From IMG/VR virus record IMGVR_UViG_3300024991_000003: a DNA stretch of 54,953 nucleotides; one strand, given 5' to 3'. Made by a program: the position numbers and the translations under genes. How positions within the stretch are numbered: position 1 is the stretch's first letter; each line of letters begins with the position of its first letter. Positions 6,043-14,912 of the stretch are shown in pieces. The notes under the pieces were generated by a model. The model saw only the letters and a list, made by a program, of their open reading frames with translations. It made no database searches and was not told where the DNA came from. The DNA is from a virus.

Positions 6043-6071
6043 TTGACCTGACCAATTATAAGTTATATTAC
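6043..6071 (+). promoter_or_regulatory. Putative sigma70-type promoter with the ATAAGTTAT site in its spacer
   Basis: TTGACC (6043..6048)-N17-TATTAC (6066..6071); ATAAGTTAT at 6058..6066; AGGAGAG then ATG at 6098. Confidence 0.45.
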
Positions 6072-6097
6072 ACTATCAAATATAGGAGAGCCTTCAC

Positions 6098-6553
6098 ATG
6101 GAAACGACACCGTTTAATACGACCGACTTTATCAAGACCCACGACGATGCGATTGCATACATTAAGGACGCTGTTGCTAGTGGTGACGATACATTGATCG
6201 AAAATGCGATCAACACGTTGCGCGCCGCTGAGATTGTTGACCCAACCCCGCCTGCAACCCCGTCCATTGGCGTGGGTGATTGGGTGGTATTTAAGTCACC
6301 CATTACCGCGCACAAATATGATATGGATCACTTTCAGGCGTCGATGGTCATTCAAGTTCGTGGATCACATGATGTACTGATCACCCACAATTACAAGGCA
6401 TGGTGGGTATCGCCAAAAGATTGCTATCATGCGTCGGGTGAACAGCGCGCAAAAGATATTGCAATGCATCTCAATGCGCTCGTCAAACGGACCATCGCTG
6501 CAATGGACATGATGTACGATCACATCGATGCGTATTTTGGAGAAGCCCAGTGA
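6098..6553 (+). CDS. hypothetical protein (151 aa)
   Basis: Track ORF with AGGAGAG SD; first gene after the iterons; the AVASGDDT motif recurs in 7889..8674. Confidence 0.75.
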   Translation: METTPFNTTDFIKTHDDAIAYIKDAVASGDDTLIENAINTLRAAEIVDPTPPATPSIGVGDWVVFKSPITAHKYDMDHFQASMVIQVRGSHDVLITHNYKAWWVSPKDCYHASGEQRAKDIAMHLNALVKRTIAAMDMMYDHIDAYFGEAQ

Positions 6554-6954
6554 GCCGCATCAAGTGGCACATTCATGGTACACCGGGGCCATGGAAAACC
6601 ACCGAGGACAAAACCAGTCCCGGCTTTTTCATCACACGTGCAGCCAACGGCAAGCAAATCTGCGTCAGCCAACAGCGCAACAGCGAGATGGGCCGCAGTA
6701 CCGATCCATCCCGGCGCGCAACGCTCGTCAACACCCGCGCCATTGATTTGGTGCCCGAGATGGTTGAAATGCTGCGCAAGGCACAGAATGCGCTTTACCA
6801 TGCTGGTGACAGTGCCACATTTCAAGCGGTAACTGACTTGCTACTTGATGTGGATTACCCACCTCCTGCACCACCGGGCATTAAAACCTGCAAGCGGTGC
6901 CTTACCGCCCATGTGCGCCGCAAGTGCCCTATTTGTTTTGGAGGTGTGTCATGA
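6550..6954 (+). CDS. Ead/Ea22-like phage protein with a C-terminal zinc ribbon (134 aa)
   Basis: GTG overlaps the upstream TGA; TPGPW motif then RAIDLVPEMVEMLRKA, as in Ea22-like proteins; CKRC..CPIC at the C-terminus. Confidence 0.5.
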   Translation: MSRIKWHIHGTPGPWKTTEDKTSPGFFITRAANGKQICVSQQRNSEMGRSTDPSRRATLVNTRAIDLVPEMVEMLRKAQNALYHAGDSATFQAVTDLLLDVDYPPPAPPGIKTCKRCLTAHVRRKCPICFGGVS

Positions 6955-7340
6955 CTGAGGAACGCCGCTTTTTCATTTGGCATGACGGTGGGTACATTAC
7001 ACCACCCAACTCGGACATTGTTGGATTTATTCGAGACAAATCCGTCCAAATCAACAATGTCAAACCGCGCATCCGCTGTCACGGTAAATCTACTTTCATG
7101 GATATTACGGGTGAGTTTTGCCCGTTTGAAGCAGCTCTGACGCGCAAGGTTTACGGTTGTATCACTGAGGCAATGGCGCATCATATTCGTAATGAATATC
7201 TCAAACATAAGGCTCTACTGCGCAGCCCCAACCGCCGCATTATGGCAGTGATGGGACTTGCTGAGTACGAGAAAATTCATCGCCGCTTAATTACGGAATA
7301 CGAAACATGTTATCCGGCAGTAAAGGATTGGGTACAATGA
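6951..7340 (+). CDS. hypothetical protein (129 aa)
   Basis: Track ORF 6897..7340 trimmed to the ATG after GGAGGTG; ATGA overlap with the upstream stop. Confidence 0.65.
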   Translation: MTEERRFFIWHDGGYITPPNSDIVGFIRDKSVQINNVKPRIRCHGKSTFMDITGEFCPFEAALTRKVYGCITEAMAHHIRNEYLKHKALLRSPNRRIMAVMGLAEYEKIHRRLITEYETCYPAVKDWVQ

Positions 7341-7429
7341 CCCTCTCGCAGCACATCAGGCAACTTGCCGCACACGCCACGCCGGGACCATATATGATTT
7401 ACGGTGAGCCTGACGTTGGTTTACCGTAA
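7337..7429 (+). CDS. 30-codon N-terminal fragment of a second Ea22-like gene, ending at an in-frame TAA
   Basis: Hand translation MTLSQHIRQLAAHATPGPYMIYGEPDVGLP*; ATGA overlap with the upstream stop; same frame as 7451..7717. Confidence 0.4.
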   Translation: MTLSQHIRQLAAHATPGPYMIYGEPDVGLP

Positions 7430-7450
7430 AGTCTTTTCGCTGGAACACCG

Positions 7451-7717
7451 ATGGAAAGCGGTTTTGGCCCAATGGAGCCGTTGCAAGGTTGTGACCTGAC
7501 ACTGGTTTCAGCACTCTTGCAACATTTGCCAGCAATTGTGGACGCCCTTGAGCTGGCCGAGCGGGTAGGCGATCCGGCGATGGTGGAGATTGTAAGAGAA
7601 GGCATCAAACGTATAGCCACAATGTACGGCATAGAGGTTGTCAAACCAAACCAAATATATGGAGAAATGGCAGAAAAAGTCATCTCTGATCTGAAAGGCC
7701 CCGATAATGCAGGATGA
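7451..7717 (+). CDS. Ea22-like C-terminal part (88 aa)
   Basis: Track ORF in frame with 7337..7429 across one TAA (7427..7429); LVSALLQHLPAIVDALELAE fits the Ea22-like C-terminal pattern. Confidence 0.5.
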   Translation: MESGFGPMEPLQGCDLTLVSALLQHLPAIVDALELAERVGDPAMVEIVREGIKRIATMYGIEVVKPNQIYGEMAEKVISDLKGPDNAG

Positions 7718-7889
7718 TCATCGCGTATTCACTCGCAAAGATGGCAGCAGGTTCATGGTGTTTCATAATGCTAATCGCCGCGCTTGGTTTTGGCAGAATA
7801 TCGATGATGAATATGACAATTCACCGCTTGGCCCATACGACAATTATCACGATGCGTTTGATGACGCATTGGATATTCAGGAGGATTGA
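7707..7889 (+). CDS. hypothetical acidic protein (60 aa)
   Basis: Track ORF; ATG overlaps the end of the upstream gene. Confidence 0.6.
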   Translation: MQDDHRVFTRKDGSRFMVFHNANRRAWFWQNIDDEYDNSPLGPYDNYHDAFDDALDIQED

Positions 7890-8674
7890 TGATGACTGTA
7901 CCCAAACTGGACGATGCCAAATTTTACTTAGCAATGGGTAAAATTGCTAAATTGCGACTTGAGGAAGAACCTACGCACAGCAATCTCTTGCGCACTGAGG
8001 CAGCGTTTGCCCGGTACATGATTGCAGTAAGCGATGCGATTGAGAGCTTTACTCCGATGGACCAATTCGTCCTCAAGCCCGATCCGTTCGCTGCCATCAA
8101 AAACGCTGTAGCCAGCGGCGACGATACCGCGCTGGCATCTGCTGTGGGCAATTACATCAGGGAACACACGCCGGTCGGGCAGCAAGCGTTTGGTGGGATT
8201 TCACCCGCTGACAAATTGTGCAGCCAGTCGCTATACGGTGAATGCGATGTCCCGCACGATACCATGCAGCCGGGACTTGCACCGATACCAATCCCCGGTG
8301 ATCCTGCACCAACCCACAATAATCAAGGTTGGTATCTCGGGCCATTCACCGAGCGCCCTGCTGTGTTGAAAGACTTTGGGCCGCAAACTGCTGTTCAGAT
8401 CATTGGTGGATCACCCTTACGTACTGTCGTCATAGCGATCAGTAGTGTTTATTGGCCAGAAGTCAAACGCTGGCGCATTGCACCCTACAATGGTCATGTT
8501 TGGAACGAATGCGGCACCGATGGTTTGATCCCAAAATGTCTCAATGCCACAGATAATGTGATGGTGATGTCAAAACATGGTGGCAAAGCCAGAGATGAAG
8601 CCCACCATGTTGATTGGCGCAATGTCAGATGGTGGTTGCTATGCATGAGATTTGGGTGGGAAATACCTGCGTAG
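7889..8674 (+). CDS. hypothetical protein (261 aa)
   Basis: The track start at 7886 is TTG; ATG at 7889 follows AGGAGG and overlaps the upstream TGA. Confidence 0.75.
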   Translation: MMTVPKLDDAKFYLAMGKIAKLRLEEEPTHSNLLRTEAAFARYMIAVSDAIESFTPMDQFVLKPDPFAAIKNAVASGDDTALASAVGNYIREHTPVGQQAFGGISPADKLCSQSLYGECDVPHDTMQPGLAPIPIPGDPAPTHNNQGWYLGPFTERPAVLKDFGPQTAVQIIGGSPLRTVVIAISSVYWPEVKRWRIAPYNGHVWNECGTDGLIPKCLNATDNVMVMSKHGGKARDEAHHVDWRNVRWWLLCMRFGWEIPA

Positions 8675-8750
8675 CCCGTTGCGTTCATCGCAGAACTGCG
8701 GTATATCTTTTGCGACGCTACAAGGGCGGCAAGATTAAGAGGGTGAGACG

Positions 8751-9005
8751 ATGAGTGATACACGCCCCTATCCCGAATTGCTAACGGAAGCTGAGAGCCA
8801 AGAATTGTTGACCATGGCGGAAAACCTTTGGGCGTACCTGCAAAGTAACAATCTCGGTGGCTATTCCAGCGGCAACCGCCCATTCTATATCGAATGGAAA
8901 TTCAGGGAAATCGTCGAACAATTCGGGCGGCGTGACACAGGCCTGCAATGGTCCAAAAACCAACTGGATGCGCACCCCGACAAACCGGAGAAAAATGATG
9001 AATAA
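8751..9005 (+). CDS. hypothetical protein (84 aa)
   Basis: Track ORF; SD aagaGGGTGAgacg before the ATG. Confidence 0.7.
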   Translation: MSDTRPYPELLTEAESQELLTMAENLWAYLQSNNLGGYSSGNRPFYIEWKFREIVEQFGRRDTGLQWSKNQLDAHPDKPEKNDE

Positions 9006-9174
9006 ATTGCTGGATGGTTTGGCGCTTGTAATCATCATGTATATGCTGATCGGTATCTGGATCGAGACATACAACTATGATGCGCACAAGCACACCACTT
9101 TTGCCAATATTTTCGGGGCATCAGGACTGGTGGTCATCGTCATCTGGGCAATCCTGCGTTTTAAAGGGATGTGA
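8995..9174 (+). CDS. small two-helix membrane protein (59 aa)
   Basis: Track ORF 8857..9174 trimmed to the ATG after ccGGAGaaaa; hydrophobic LALVIIMYMLIGIWI and GLVVIVIWAIL. Confidence 0.6.
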   Translation: MMNKLLDGLALVIIMYMLIGIWIETYNYDAHKHTTFANIFGASGLVVIVIWAILRFKGM

Positions 9175-9175
9175 A

Positions 9176-9724
9176 ATGAGTACCGATATTGTCTTGCATA
9201 TTCCTGATACCACCCGTTTGCGTGATACCATTGCTGTGGTTGAGCATTATCTCCCCAGCAGAGATGGCACACCGCCGCGTTGTGTATTTGTTGGGCAATG
9301 TAAATTGCCGGATGTTTACACTCTGAGTTACGCCAAATCGAATAAACGATGGATGGAAATTTTCGGAGACGGTGGGGCAATCATTATCCGCATCGTCCAT
9401 ATCACCCGGAAAAAGATGGAAGCAGCCCGAATTGTTTCAATCCGCCGCGATCAACACACACCGCGCCCTGAGTGCAATCTCATGGGTATGATGATGTTTC
9501 GCAAAACACGTGCGATCCGCAATTGCACCGATGGTACGATCTACCGGACGCAAGCAGAGGCGGCGCGATCTCTCGGGATCACACAGGCCAGCGTATCGAT
9601 GCATCTCAGCGGTAGAGTAGCAAGCGTCGGAGGTGGGCACATACTGGAATATGTGCAGAATGAAATACCGAAAGAAAACAAGGCAAATATCCCTGCATTA
9701 CATAAAATGGCACAGGAGATTTGA
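9176..9724 (+). CDS. putative DNA-binding protein with a NUMOD-like C-terminal HTH (182 aa)
   Basis: Track ORF 9077..9724 trimmed to ATG 9176; C-terminal YRTQAEAARSLGITQASVSMHLSGR resembles homing-endonuclease-associated HTH modules. Confidence 0.45.
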   Translation: MSTDIVLHIPDTTRLRDTIAVVEHYLPSRDGTPPRCVFVGQCKLPDVYTLSYAKSNKRWMEIFGDGGAIIIRIVHITRKKMEAARIVSIRRDQHTPRPECNLMGMMMFRKTRAIRNCTDGTIYRTQAEAARSLGITQASVSMHLSGRVASVGGGHILEYVQNEIPKENKANIPALHKMAQEI

Positions 9725-9727
9725 GCT

Positions 9728-9919
9728 ATGCCGGTATCGGTCTGGTGTGAATTTGTCTGTGCCAAATGTGCCAAAACCGGACATACAGGAAGACATGTCA
9801 TCGGCGGACGCATCCCTCTCATTGCGATGAGAGATCAAGCTGAACGAAATGGTTGGCATTTTACGCGAGATGATGCTTATTGTTCGCGTAAGTGTTTTGA
9901 CGCAGTGCAGGAGACTTGA
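9728..9919 (+). CDS. small Cys-rich (zinc-binding?) protein (63 aa)
   Basis: Track ORF; CEFVCAKC...CSRKC; preceded by junction CAGGAGATTTGAGCTATG. Confidence 0.6.
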   Translation: MPVSVWCEFVCAKCAKTGHTGRHVIGGRIPLIAMRDQAERNGWHFTRDDAYCSRKCFDAVQET

Positions 9920-9922
9920 GCT

Positions 9923-10252
9923 ATGGTAAATCCTGATAAGCACGCCATGGAAACTGCTAATAAACTGGCACAACGTATGGGCGGGCGTTTTGTGCCAAAT
10001 GATCCGATCACGATGCTTTTGGAGGAAATACCGAAGCTGATGGAACGTGCGGACATGGCGGAAAACATTGTTGACCGCATCAATGCACGAAACCAAATCG
10101 ACGCATTGCTTTGGGAAAACCTCTATTTTATCATGGATGCGCTGCGGAAGAGTGCATCTCTCAAGGTGAAAGCTGGTCAATATATTGCCGTAATCACGCA
10201 ATCTGAAAAAGAAGCGCTAGAAAGGATGAGAGATGCAACTCACCACACGTAA
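9923..10252 (+). CDS. hypothetical protein (109 aa)
   Basis: Track ORF; preceded by junction CAGGAGACTTGAGCTATG, 17/18 identical to the one at 9713..9730. Confidence 0.7.
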   Translation: MVNPDKHAMETANKLAQRMGGRFVPNDPITMLLEEIPKLMERADMAENIVDRINARNQIDALLWENLYFIMDALRKSASLKVKAGQYIAVITQSEKEALERMRDATHHT

Positions 10253-10499
10253 AAGAGCGCAATTGCAGCGACTGATTGACAGGGCTGTAAAATTAAATAA
10301 GCAGTATCATATTGCACTGCATGCGCTTGATAAGTGGTGCGAGGAACAGTATGGAGTTGCCCCGTCCGATGTTGATGCGGATTTCATCATTGATGCTATT
10401 TATGGCGGGTGCGGCGGTGGGTGCAATATTACTGCTGATCATTTTGACCGAGAGATGACCGAGAGTATGGAGCGAAACCCAAATGCAACTATGCTGTAA
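10233..10499 (+). CDS. hypothetical protein (88 aa)
   Basis: Track ORF; AAGGA SD; overlaps the upstream gene by 20 nt. Confidence 0.6.
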   Translation: MQLTTRKRAQLQRLIDRAVKLNKQYHIALHALDKWCEEQYGVAPSDVDADFIIDAIYGGCGGGCNITADHFDREMTESMERNPNATML

Positions 10500-10752
10500 T
10501 GCCTGCGGTAATTGGTTCAGGTCCGCACTGGCAGAAGCCAAACACCGCCACAATTTTCCCATCATGTGCAGCCGCAATAAGCGGTTTGAGAAATGGATGA
10601 AGGAGGTGCGAGGTGCAAAAATCACGCAAGCTGATAAGGATGCTGCCCATGCACTCGCTGATGACACCGATGCGCTGCATCTCGCTATAGCCCGTATCAG
10701 AGGTGAACAAACTGGGAAGGAGGTGCGAGGTGAAATACCAACAGAGACGTAA
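10483..10752 (+). CDS. hypothetical protein with an N-terminal CxxC..HxH motif (89 aa)
   Basis: Track ORF; CCNAC...HRH; KEVRG occurs twice, encoded by the repeated gaaggaggtgcgaggtg. Confidence 0.55.
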   Translation: MQLCCNACGNWFRSALAEAKHRHNFPIMCSRNKRFEKWMKEVRGAKITQADKDAAHALADDTDALHLAIARIRGEQTGKEVRGEIPTET

Positions 10753-10897
10753 CGGCTGTTGTGAATTTTATGATTGCCCCGGTCCTGCACAGGATCATTG
10801 TCCTGTAACAGATGGTTGCCACTGCCCGATTAATCATCTATTGTGGCGGCACAAAGAGGAGCAAGTCAATGATGAAATACCGGATCGAGATCGTTGA
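10730..10897 (+). CDS. small Cys-rich protein (55 aa)
   Basis: Track ORF 10703..10897; a GTG at 10730 follows GGAGGTGCGAG; CCEFYDCPG..HCPVTDGCHCP. Confidence 0.4.
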   Translation: MKYQQRRNGCCEFYDCPGPAQDHCPVTDGCHCPINHLLWRHKEEQVNDEIPDRDR

Positions 10898-11063
10898 GAT
10901 CGTCAGCAAGCAACGGCATCGCTTTATTGTCGATGCCGTTGATGCGAATGATGCTGCGGCTCAAGCGCATCAATTGCGGGTCAATTACCCACCATCATGG
11001 CTGATTGCTGGACAACTTGGCGAGGAAAACCCTGAGGAATTCCTCGCCAATGGTGGTTGGTGA
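10869..11063 (+). CDS. hypothetical protein (64 aa)
   Basis: Track ORF 10812..11063 trimmed to the ATG after GAGGAG. Confidence 0.6.
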   Translation: MMKYRIEIVEIVSKQRHRFIVDAVDANDAAAQAHQLRVNYPPSWLIAGQLGEENPEEFLANGGW

Positions 11064-11405
11064 TTAACCGGCCCAGCAAATTCCGCCGTTGTCACCGAGC
11101 GCGCCAATTTTGGCAGCAACGGCAGATGCGGTAAGAAAATAATTCCCACTCTGCAATTCCAGTTTCACCCAACCCTTGCCGAGCATTTTAAAAATCTTAC
11201 CAATATCGTTGACACTAAGAGATGTATATTCCACCGTCCCACGATAAATGGAACAATCGTCCCAAAGTACCCCGTCAAATGACCGCTTGGGTTTCCATAC
11301 ACCACCGCTGAGAGCAGTAAGCTGAAATTCTACCGCATCAATTCCGAGACACGGTAGCGATTTACCATCCCAATTCACAGGATGAATGGCTGTCAGATTA
11401 ACCAT
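11064..11405 (-). CDS. hypothetical protein downstream of the tail fibre (possible fibre accessory/assembly protein, 113 aa)
   Basis: Track ORF; its ATG overlaps the fibre stop (TGATG); function inferred from position only. Confidence 0.55.
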   Translation of the reverse strand: MVNLTAIHPVNWDGKSLPCLGIDAVEFQLTALSGGVWKPKRSFDGVLWDDCSIYRGTVEYTSLSVNDIGKIFKMLGKGWVKLELQSGNYFLTASAVAAKIGALGDNGGICWAG

Positions 11406-14400
11406 CAGCCAAACTCCGACCGCCAGCGGGCATAGGTTTCAAATACCAACTGGTTGCCTGTATCCGTCCAATGGATTTTATCGCTATAAAGCAGGCCCTG
11501 CGCATTAAAGTTGGTCTGGTCGAGGCGCAGCAGTGGGACGCCCAGCGATTTACAGACCGAGATCGCCACCCCAACGTAGGCATCAAATGCCGTTGCGGTA
11601 TAAACGCTTGACGCAAAGGTGGCATAATCCGGGCGCGACGGCGTAATCATTTCCACGCGCGAAGGATTGGAAGCTAGCAGCGCATTAAGCACCCGCGTAA
11701 GGTTTGTGCGATATGCAGCCAGACCGAGCGCCGTGGTGGCCTGCCCATGATAGAGCGCATCATTGGTCATCAGCGCCACCGTGTATTCGGGCGCGGCATT
11801 GCTGCCCTGACCGCTGATCGCCTGAGCCTGCGCGATGATAGATGTCAGCGCCGCTGTAGTGAAATCCTTGCACTGCCCCCCGCCATGCGCCTGCCGCATG
11901 TGCAGGATCGGCCCGAGCGTACCGCTGGCCGCGAGGACGGCAGGGCGGCGGATCAGACCGGTAAGCTCAACCGGGCCACCGCTGGCGCGAATGGCATAGG
12001 TGCCGCTGGCCGTCTGGCCGGTCGCGGAAGGACCGGTGTAGCTGTCCAAAACGGTCGTACCCGCCGCGCTGACCGTCTTATAATCTGTCCCGTTATACGA
12101 GAAGATCAACGACCCCGCGCCGGACTGTTGCGTATAAAACGCATCGACGAACGCATAGGCCCCGGTGAATGTCACCGATGCGCCATCAGCCAGAATGGTC
12201 GATTGACCAAGCGGGCCGTTGGTGCCCGCCGTGGTCGTTCCCGCGATGGTCAGGCCATAGAAAGCGGCGGTATCCGCACCCGTCCCGGTCACATCGCGAA
12301 TGACCGAGTTGGCTACCCCTTGCCATGGTGCAGCATCGGGGGCTTCCTCGGCATTGAGCCATGCCGAAAGCAATTGCCACCAGTGCTTTTGCATGCTGGT
12401 GGCATAGAAGTGCGCTGAAAGGCTGTCACCGATCAGTACCTTGGGTGAATTGCTCGACGCGCATTGCGCCATGGCCGAACGCACTTTAAGACGTAATGCG
12501 CCATCGGTAGGGCGGCGTGGGATCGGGTAATAGACACCATTGACGTAAATTTTACCTTCACCCCACAGACCCTCACCGTTGTATGGCAGACTGGTAACAG
12601 CAAAGGTTCCCATCGGCACGTGCGGTGTGGGATGTGCGGCACGTGCTGCAACAAATGCTGCGGTGCTGTCAGATGTGCCGGTATTATCCGCACCGGACAG
12701 CAAGCCGATACCTTCGGTAGCCATAGCTCGTGCAGCAGATTGTACCACATCAAGTGTGGCCTCTGCGCCAGATTGGCGCGGGCTGATACCAATGGCCACC
12801 TGCCAACCGATGCCGGTCTTGCTATTGGCAACGGCGGTTGAAGCGGTATTGGTGCCGGGGATGCCAGCAACATAGCGCAGTGATGATCCAGTCAATGTAG
12901 CAATGGATGTACCGGCATTTGCACCATAAATACCGATATACTGCCCAGCCGTAACAGGAATGAAGCAGGTAAAAGTGTTAACGCCGTTGACCAAGGTGAT
13001 GGGTGTTGCAGAAACAAGCGTAAACTGGTTCGATCCATTTTTGGTGGCAACAATGATTTTGCCGGGACCGGCAGCATTAACATGGCACGATACACTTACC
13101 AGACGTCCACTTTTAGCAACCGCTTGTTCGCTAAAAGTGGTATATCCACCTACAATGTTGTAGGTGAGTGCTGTTGCCGGATAAAGACCGCCGACATTGG
13201 TAGAACCGGTAATCTGATCCTGTAATTTGCCATCGGCTGCAATCGCGCGCGCAATCTCACCCGACTGTACCGTATAGGACAATGCGGGCAAGATGTTGGC
13301 CGATGTTGCCTTGGCGGTGTTTGTTGAGGGTAGGCCACTGGTGTAAGTCAGTGTGTTGCCGGTTGACCCTGTGGTGATGGAGAATGAACCAGCACTGTAA
13401 CACCCAACCCAATATCCAACGCCAACATAGGGGTTCCAATTGGTGAACGTATTGGCTCCAGAAGCCAGAGTTACGTCCTTGCTCTGTTGGATCGTGACTG
13501 TACCGTCACCATTATCAGCACAAACAACCAACGTGGCCGCAACTGATCCGGCTGCCGGATTGTAAACCGAGATACCTTTAAGTTGCCCCTCACTTGCAAC
13601 TTGAGAAGTTGCAAAGATCGTCAGGCCGTTGCCGCTGCCCGTAGTGCCCGCGACGGCAGGATAGGTGCCGCTGGTGGTGAGCGTACCATTAACTGCGGTA
13701 TTCACCAGCGCAATCGCAGTGGTATTGGTCGAAACACTGGACAGCAGCGCATCGATGGTGTTGCTATTGCCAGTGATCTTATCGATAACCTTACCGGAAA
13801 TCGACCACCCAAGCTGTGCTTGATTGGTGCTGGTTTTTGCAGTACCACCGCTGGTCGCAGAGCCGGGAAGGCCAACGGTAAACCACGCTGCGCCACTGAT
13901 CCCATTGTTCACACCGAGAATGCTTGTTGCAGCGTAAGCGGCAAGGAATTGACCTGCGCTGATACGCGGGTTCCAAGTGGTGATAGTATTGGCACCGGTG
14001 GTTAATGTTACCGCCTTGGTGAGCGGATTGCCTGCACTATCGTTTACCACCCGAACGGTGCCATCACCATTGATGGCCACAATCGCCAGCGTTGCAGCCC
14101 CGCCAGCCGTAGCATAGACCGATGCACCGACCAAAATGCCAGAGATCGCAAAAGGCGTCTGGGAAAATACGGTGACATTATTGATGAAAGCACCATTGCC
14201 GACCGTTGCCGGATAAATGCCACCCGTCCCGGCCAAACCATCCTTGGTAATGGTCAACTGTGCCAGACCAAACGGGGACGTGGCAAGTGCTGCGGCATTG
14301 TTGCCCCACGCGCCAAGGCTCAGCCCATCGCTGGTGGGTGCGTAAAAATTGCGACCAACCGGAATTGTATTAACCGTGGCGGTTGGAATAGTCGCGCCAG

Positions 14401-14812
14401 TAATCCCGCCTGACAGCAGCGAGAGAGTTGGCGCACTGTTGCTGGTCGAGAGGCCGGGATTGTCAATGCGAACTTGCGCAAGTTTCCCATCGCTTCCGAT
14501 TTGATAGGACCACTGAAAACCTTCCGGTCCACCTGAGGTGGCACCAACATACCAACCCGGTGTACCGCCTGATCCCGTTGCAATTCCGCCGCTGATCCCG
14601 GTCACTTCATGAGGTAATGCAACGGGTGTCGTGCCCAGAGTGTTTTGGATCGATGCTGCAACGGTGGCATTCGCGCTAGCAATGATCAAATTTTGCAGCG
14701 GTGCAGATAGCACTGCAAATGCATCAATCACACCCTGACGATCAGGTTTCCAATTCGGCTGAGGCGGATCACCAAAAAGGGCAGTACGCAGCATTTCAAC
14801 GGGATCGGTCAT
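11405..14812 (-). CDS. tail fibre/tailspike with three internal ~140-150-aa repeats and a C-terminal SGNH/GDSL hydrolase domain (1135 aa)
   Basis: G/T/A/N-rich beta-type sequence; YPA..NGDGTV..G(A/V)NT..WNP module three times; SGNH blocks LIGDSLS, MTNDAL and DKIHW in the C-terminal third. Confidence 0.75.
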   Translation of the reverse strand: MTDPVEMLRTALFGDPPQPNWKPDRQGVIDAFAVLSAPLQNLIIASANATVAASIQNTLGTTPVALPHEVTGISGGIATGSGGTPGWYVGATSGGPEGFQWSYQIGSDGKLAQVRIDNPGLSTSNSAPTLSLLSGGITGATIPTATVNTIPVGRNFYAPTSDGLSLGAWGNNAAALATSPFGLAQLTITKDGLAGTGGIYPATVGNGAFINNVTVFSQTPFAISGILVGASVYATAGGAATLAIVAINGDGTVRVVNDSAGNPLTKAVTLTTGANTITTWNPRISAGQFLAAYAATSILGVNNGISGAAWFTVGLPGSATSGGTAKTSTNQAQLGWSISGKVIDKITGNSNTIDALLSSVSTNTTAIALVNTAVNGTLTTSGTYPAVAGTTGSGNGLTIFATSQVASEGQLKGISVYNPAAGSVAATLVVCADNGDGTVTIQQSKDVTLASGANTFTNWNPYVGVGYWVGCYSAGSFSITTGSTGNTLTYTSGLPSTNTAKATSANILPALSYTVQSGEIARAIAADGKLQDQITGSTNVGGLYPATALTYNIVGGYTTFSEQAVAKSGRLVSVSCHVNAAGPGKIIVATKNGSNQFTLVSATPITLVNGVNTFTCFIPVTAGQYIGIYGANAGTSIATLTGSSLRYVAGIPGTNTASTAVANSKTGIGWQVAIGISPRQSGAEATLDVVQSAARAMATEGIGLLSGADNTGTSDSTAAFVAARAAHPTPHVPMGTFAVTSLPYNGEGLWGEGKIYVNGVYYPIPRRPTDGALRLKVRSAMAQCASSNSPKVLIGDSLSAHFYATSMQKHWWQLLSAWLNAEEAPDAAPWQGVANSVIRDVTGTGADTAAFYGLTIAGTTTAGTNGPLGQSTILADGASVTFTGAYAFVDAFYTQQSGAGSLIFSYNGTDYKTVSAAGTTVLDSYTGPSATGQTASGTYAIRASGGPVELTGLIRRPAVLAASGTLGPILHMRQAHGGGQCKDFTTAALTSIIAQAQAISGQGSNAAPEYTVALMTNDALYHGQATTALGLAAYRTNLTRVLNALLASNPSRVEMITPSRPDYATFASSVYTATAFDAYVGVAISVCKSLGVPLLRLDQTNFNAQGLLYSDKIHWTDTGNQLVFETYARWRSEFG

Positions 14813-14912
14813 GGCGGCTCAAACTCCTTTAATTTCCAATCTAGCAGGGATTTTTGACTTGATAAAGGCACATTAATCTGACAGGGTGGTCAAGTTTTAT
14901 GAGGGGTATTTT

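Noticed and set aside
5451-6097. tRNA or other classical RNA gene in the large non-coding regions (also 54225..54953 and 1..676)
   Set aside because: I found no T-loop (GGTTCGAnnCC-type) or cloverleaf-compatible arms by eye. A covariance-model scan would be needed to be certain.
5895-6197. 100-aa ORF encoding (QGRENPD)x6, which looks like a repeat protein
   Set aside because: It is the translation of the 21-bp DNA iterons. It has a TTG start, no SD, and runs into the well-supported gene at 6098 in another frame. The repeats are perfect at the DNA level, which argues for a DNA-level function.
6098-6553. HigA-type antitoxin, suggested by an N-terminal FIKTHDDAIAYIKDAVASGDDTLI resemblance
   Set aside because: Only a short helical patch is similar, no HTH follows it, and there is no toxin partner. 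The evidence is too weak to call.
11405-14812. Diversity-generating retroelement targeting the fibre repeats
   Set aside because: There is no reverse transcriptase anywhere in the genome. The three repeats are diverged at the protein level rather than being a near-identical template/variable pair differing at adenines.
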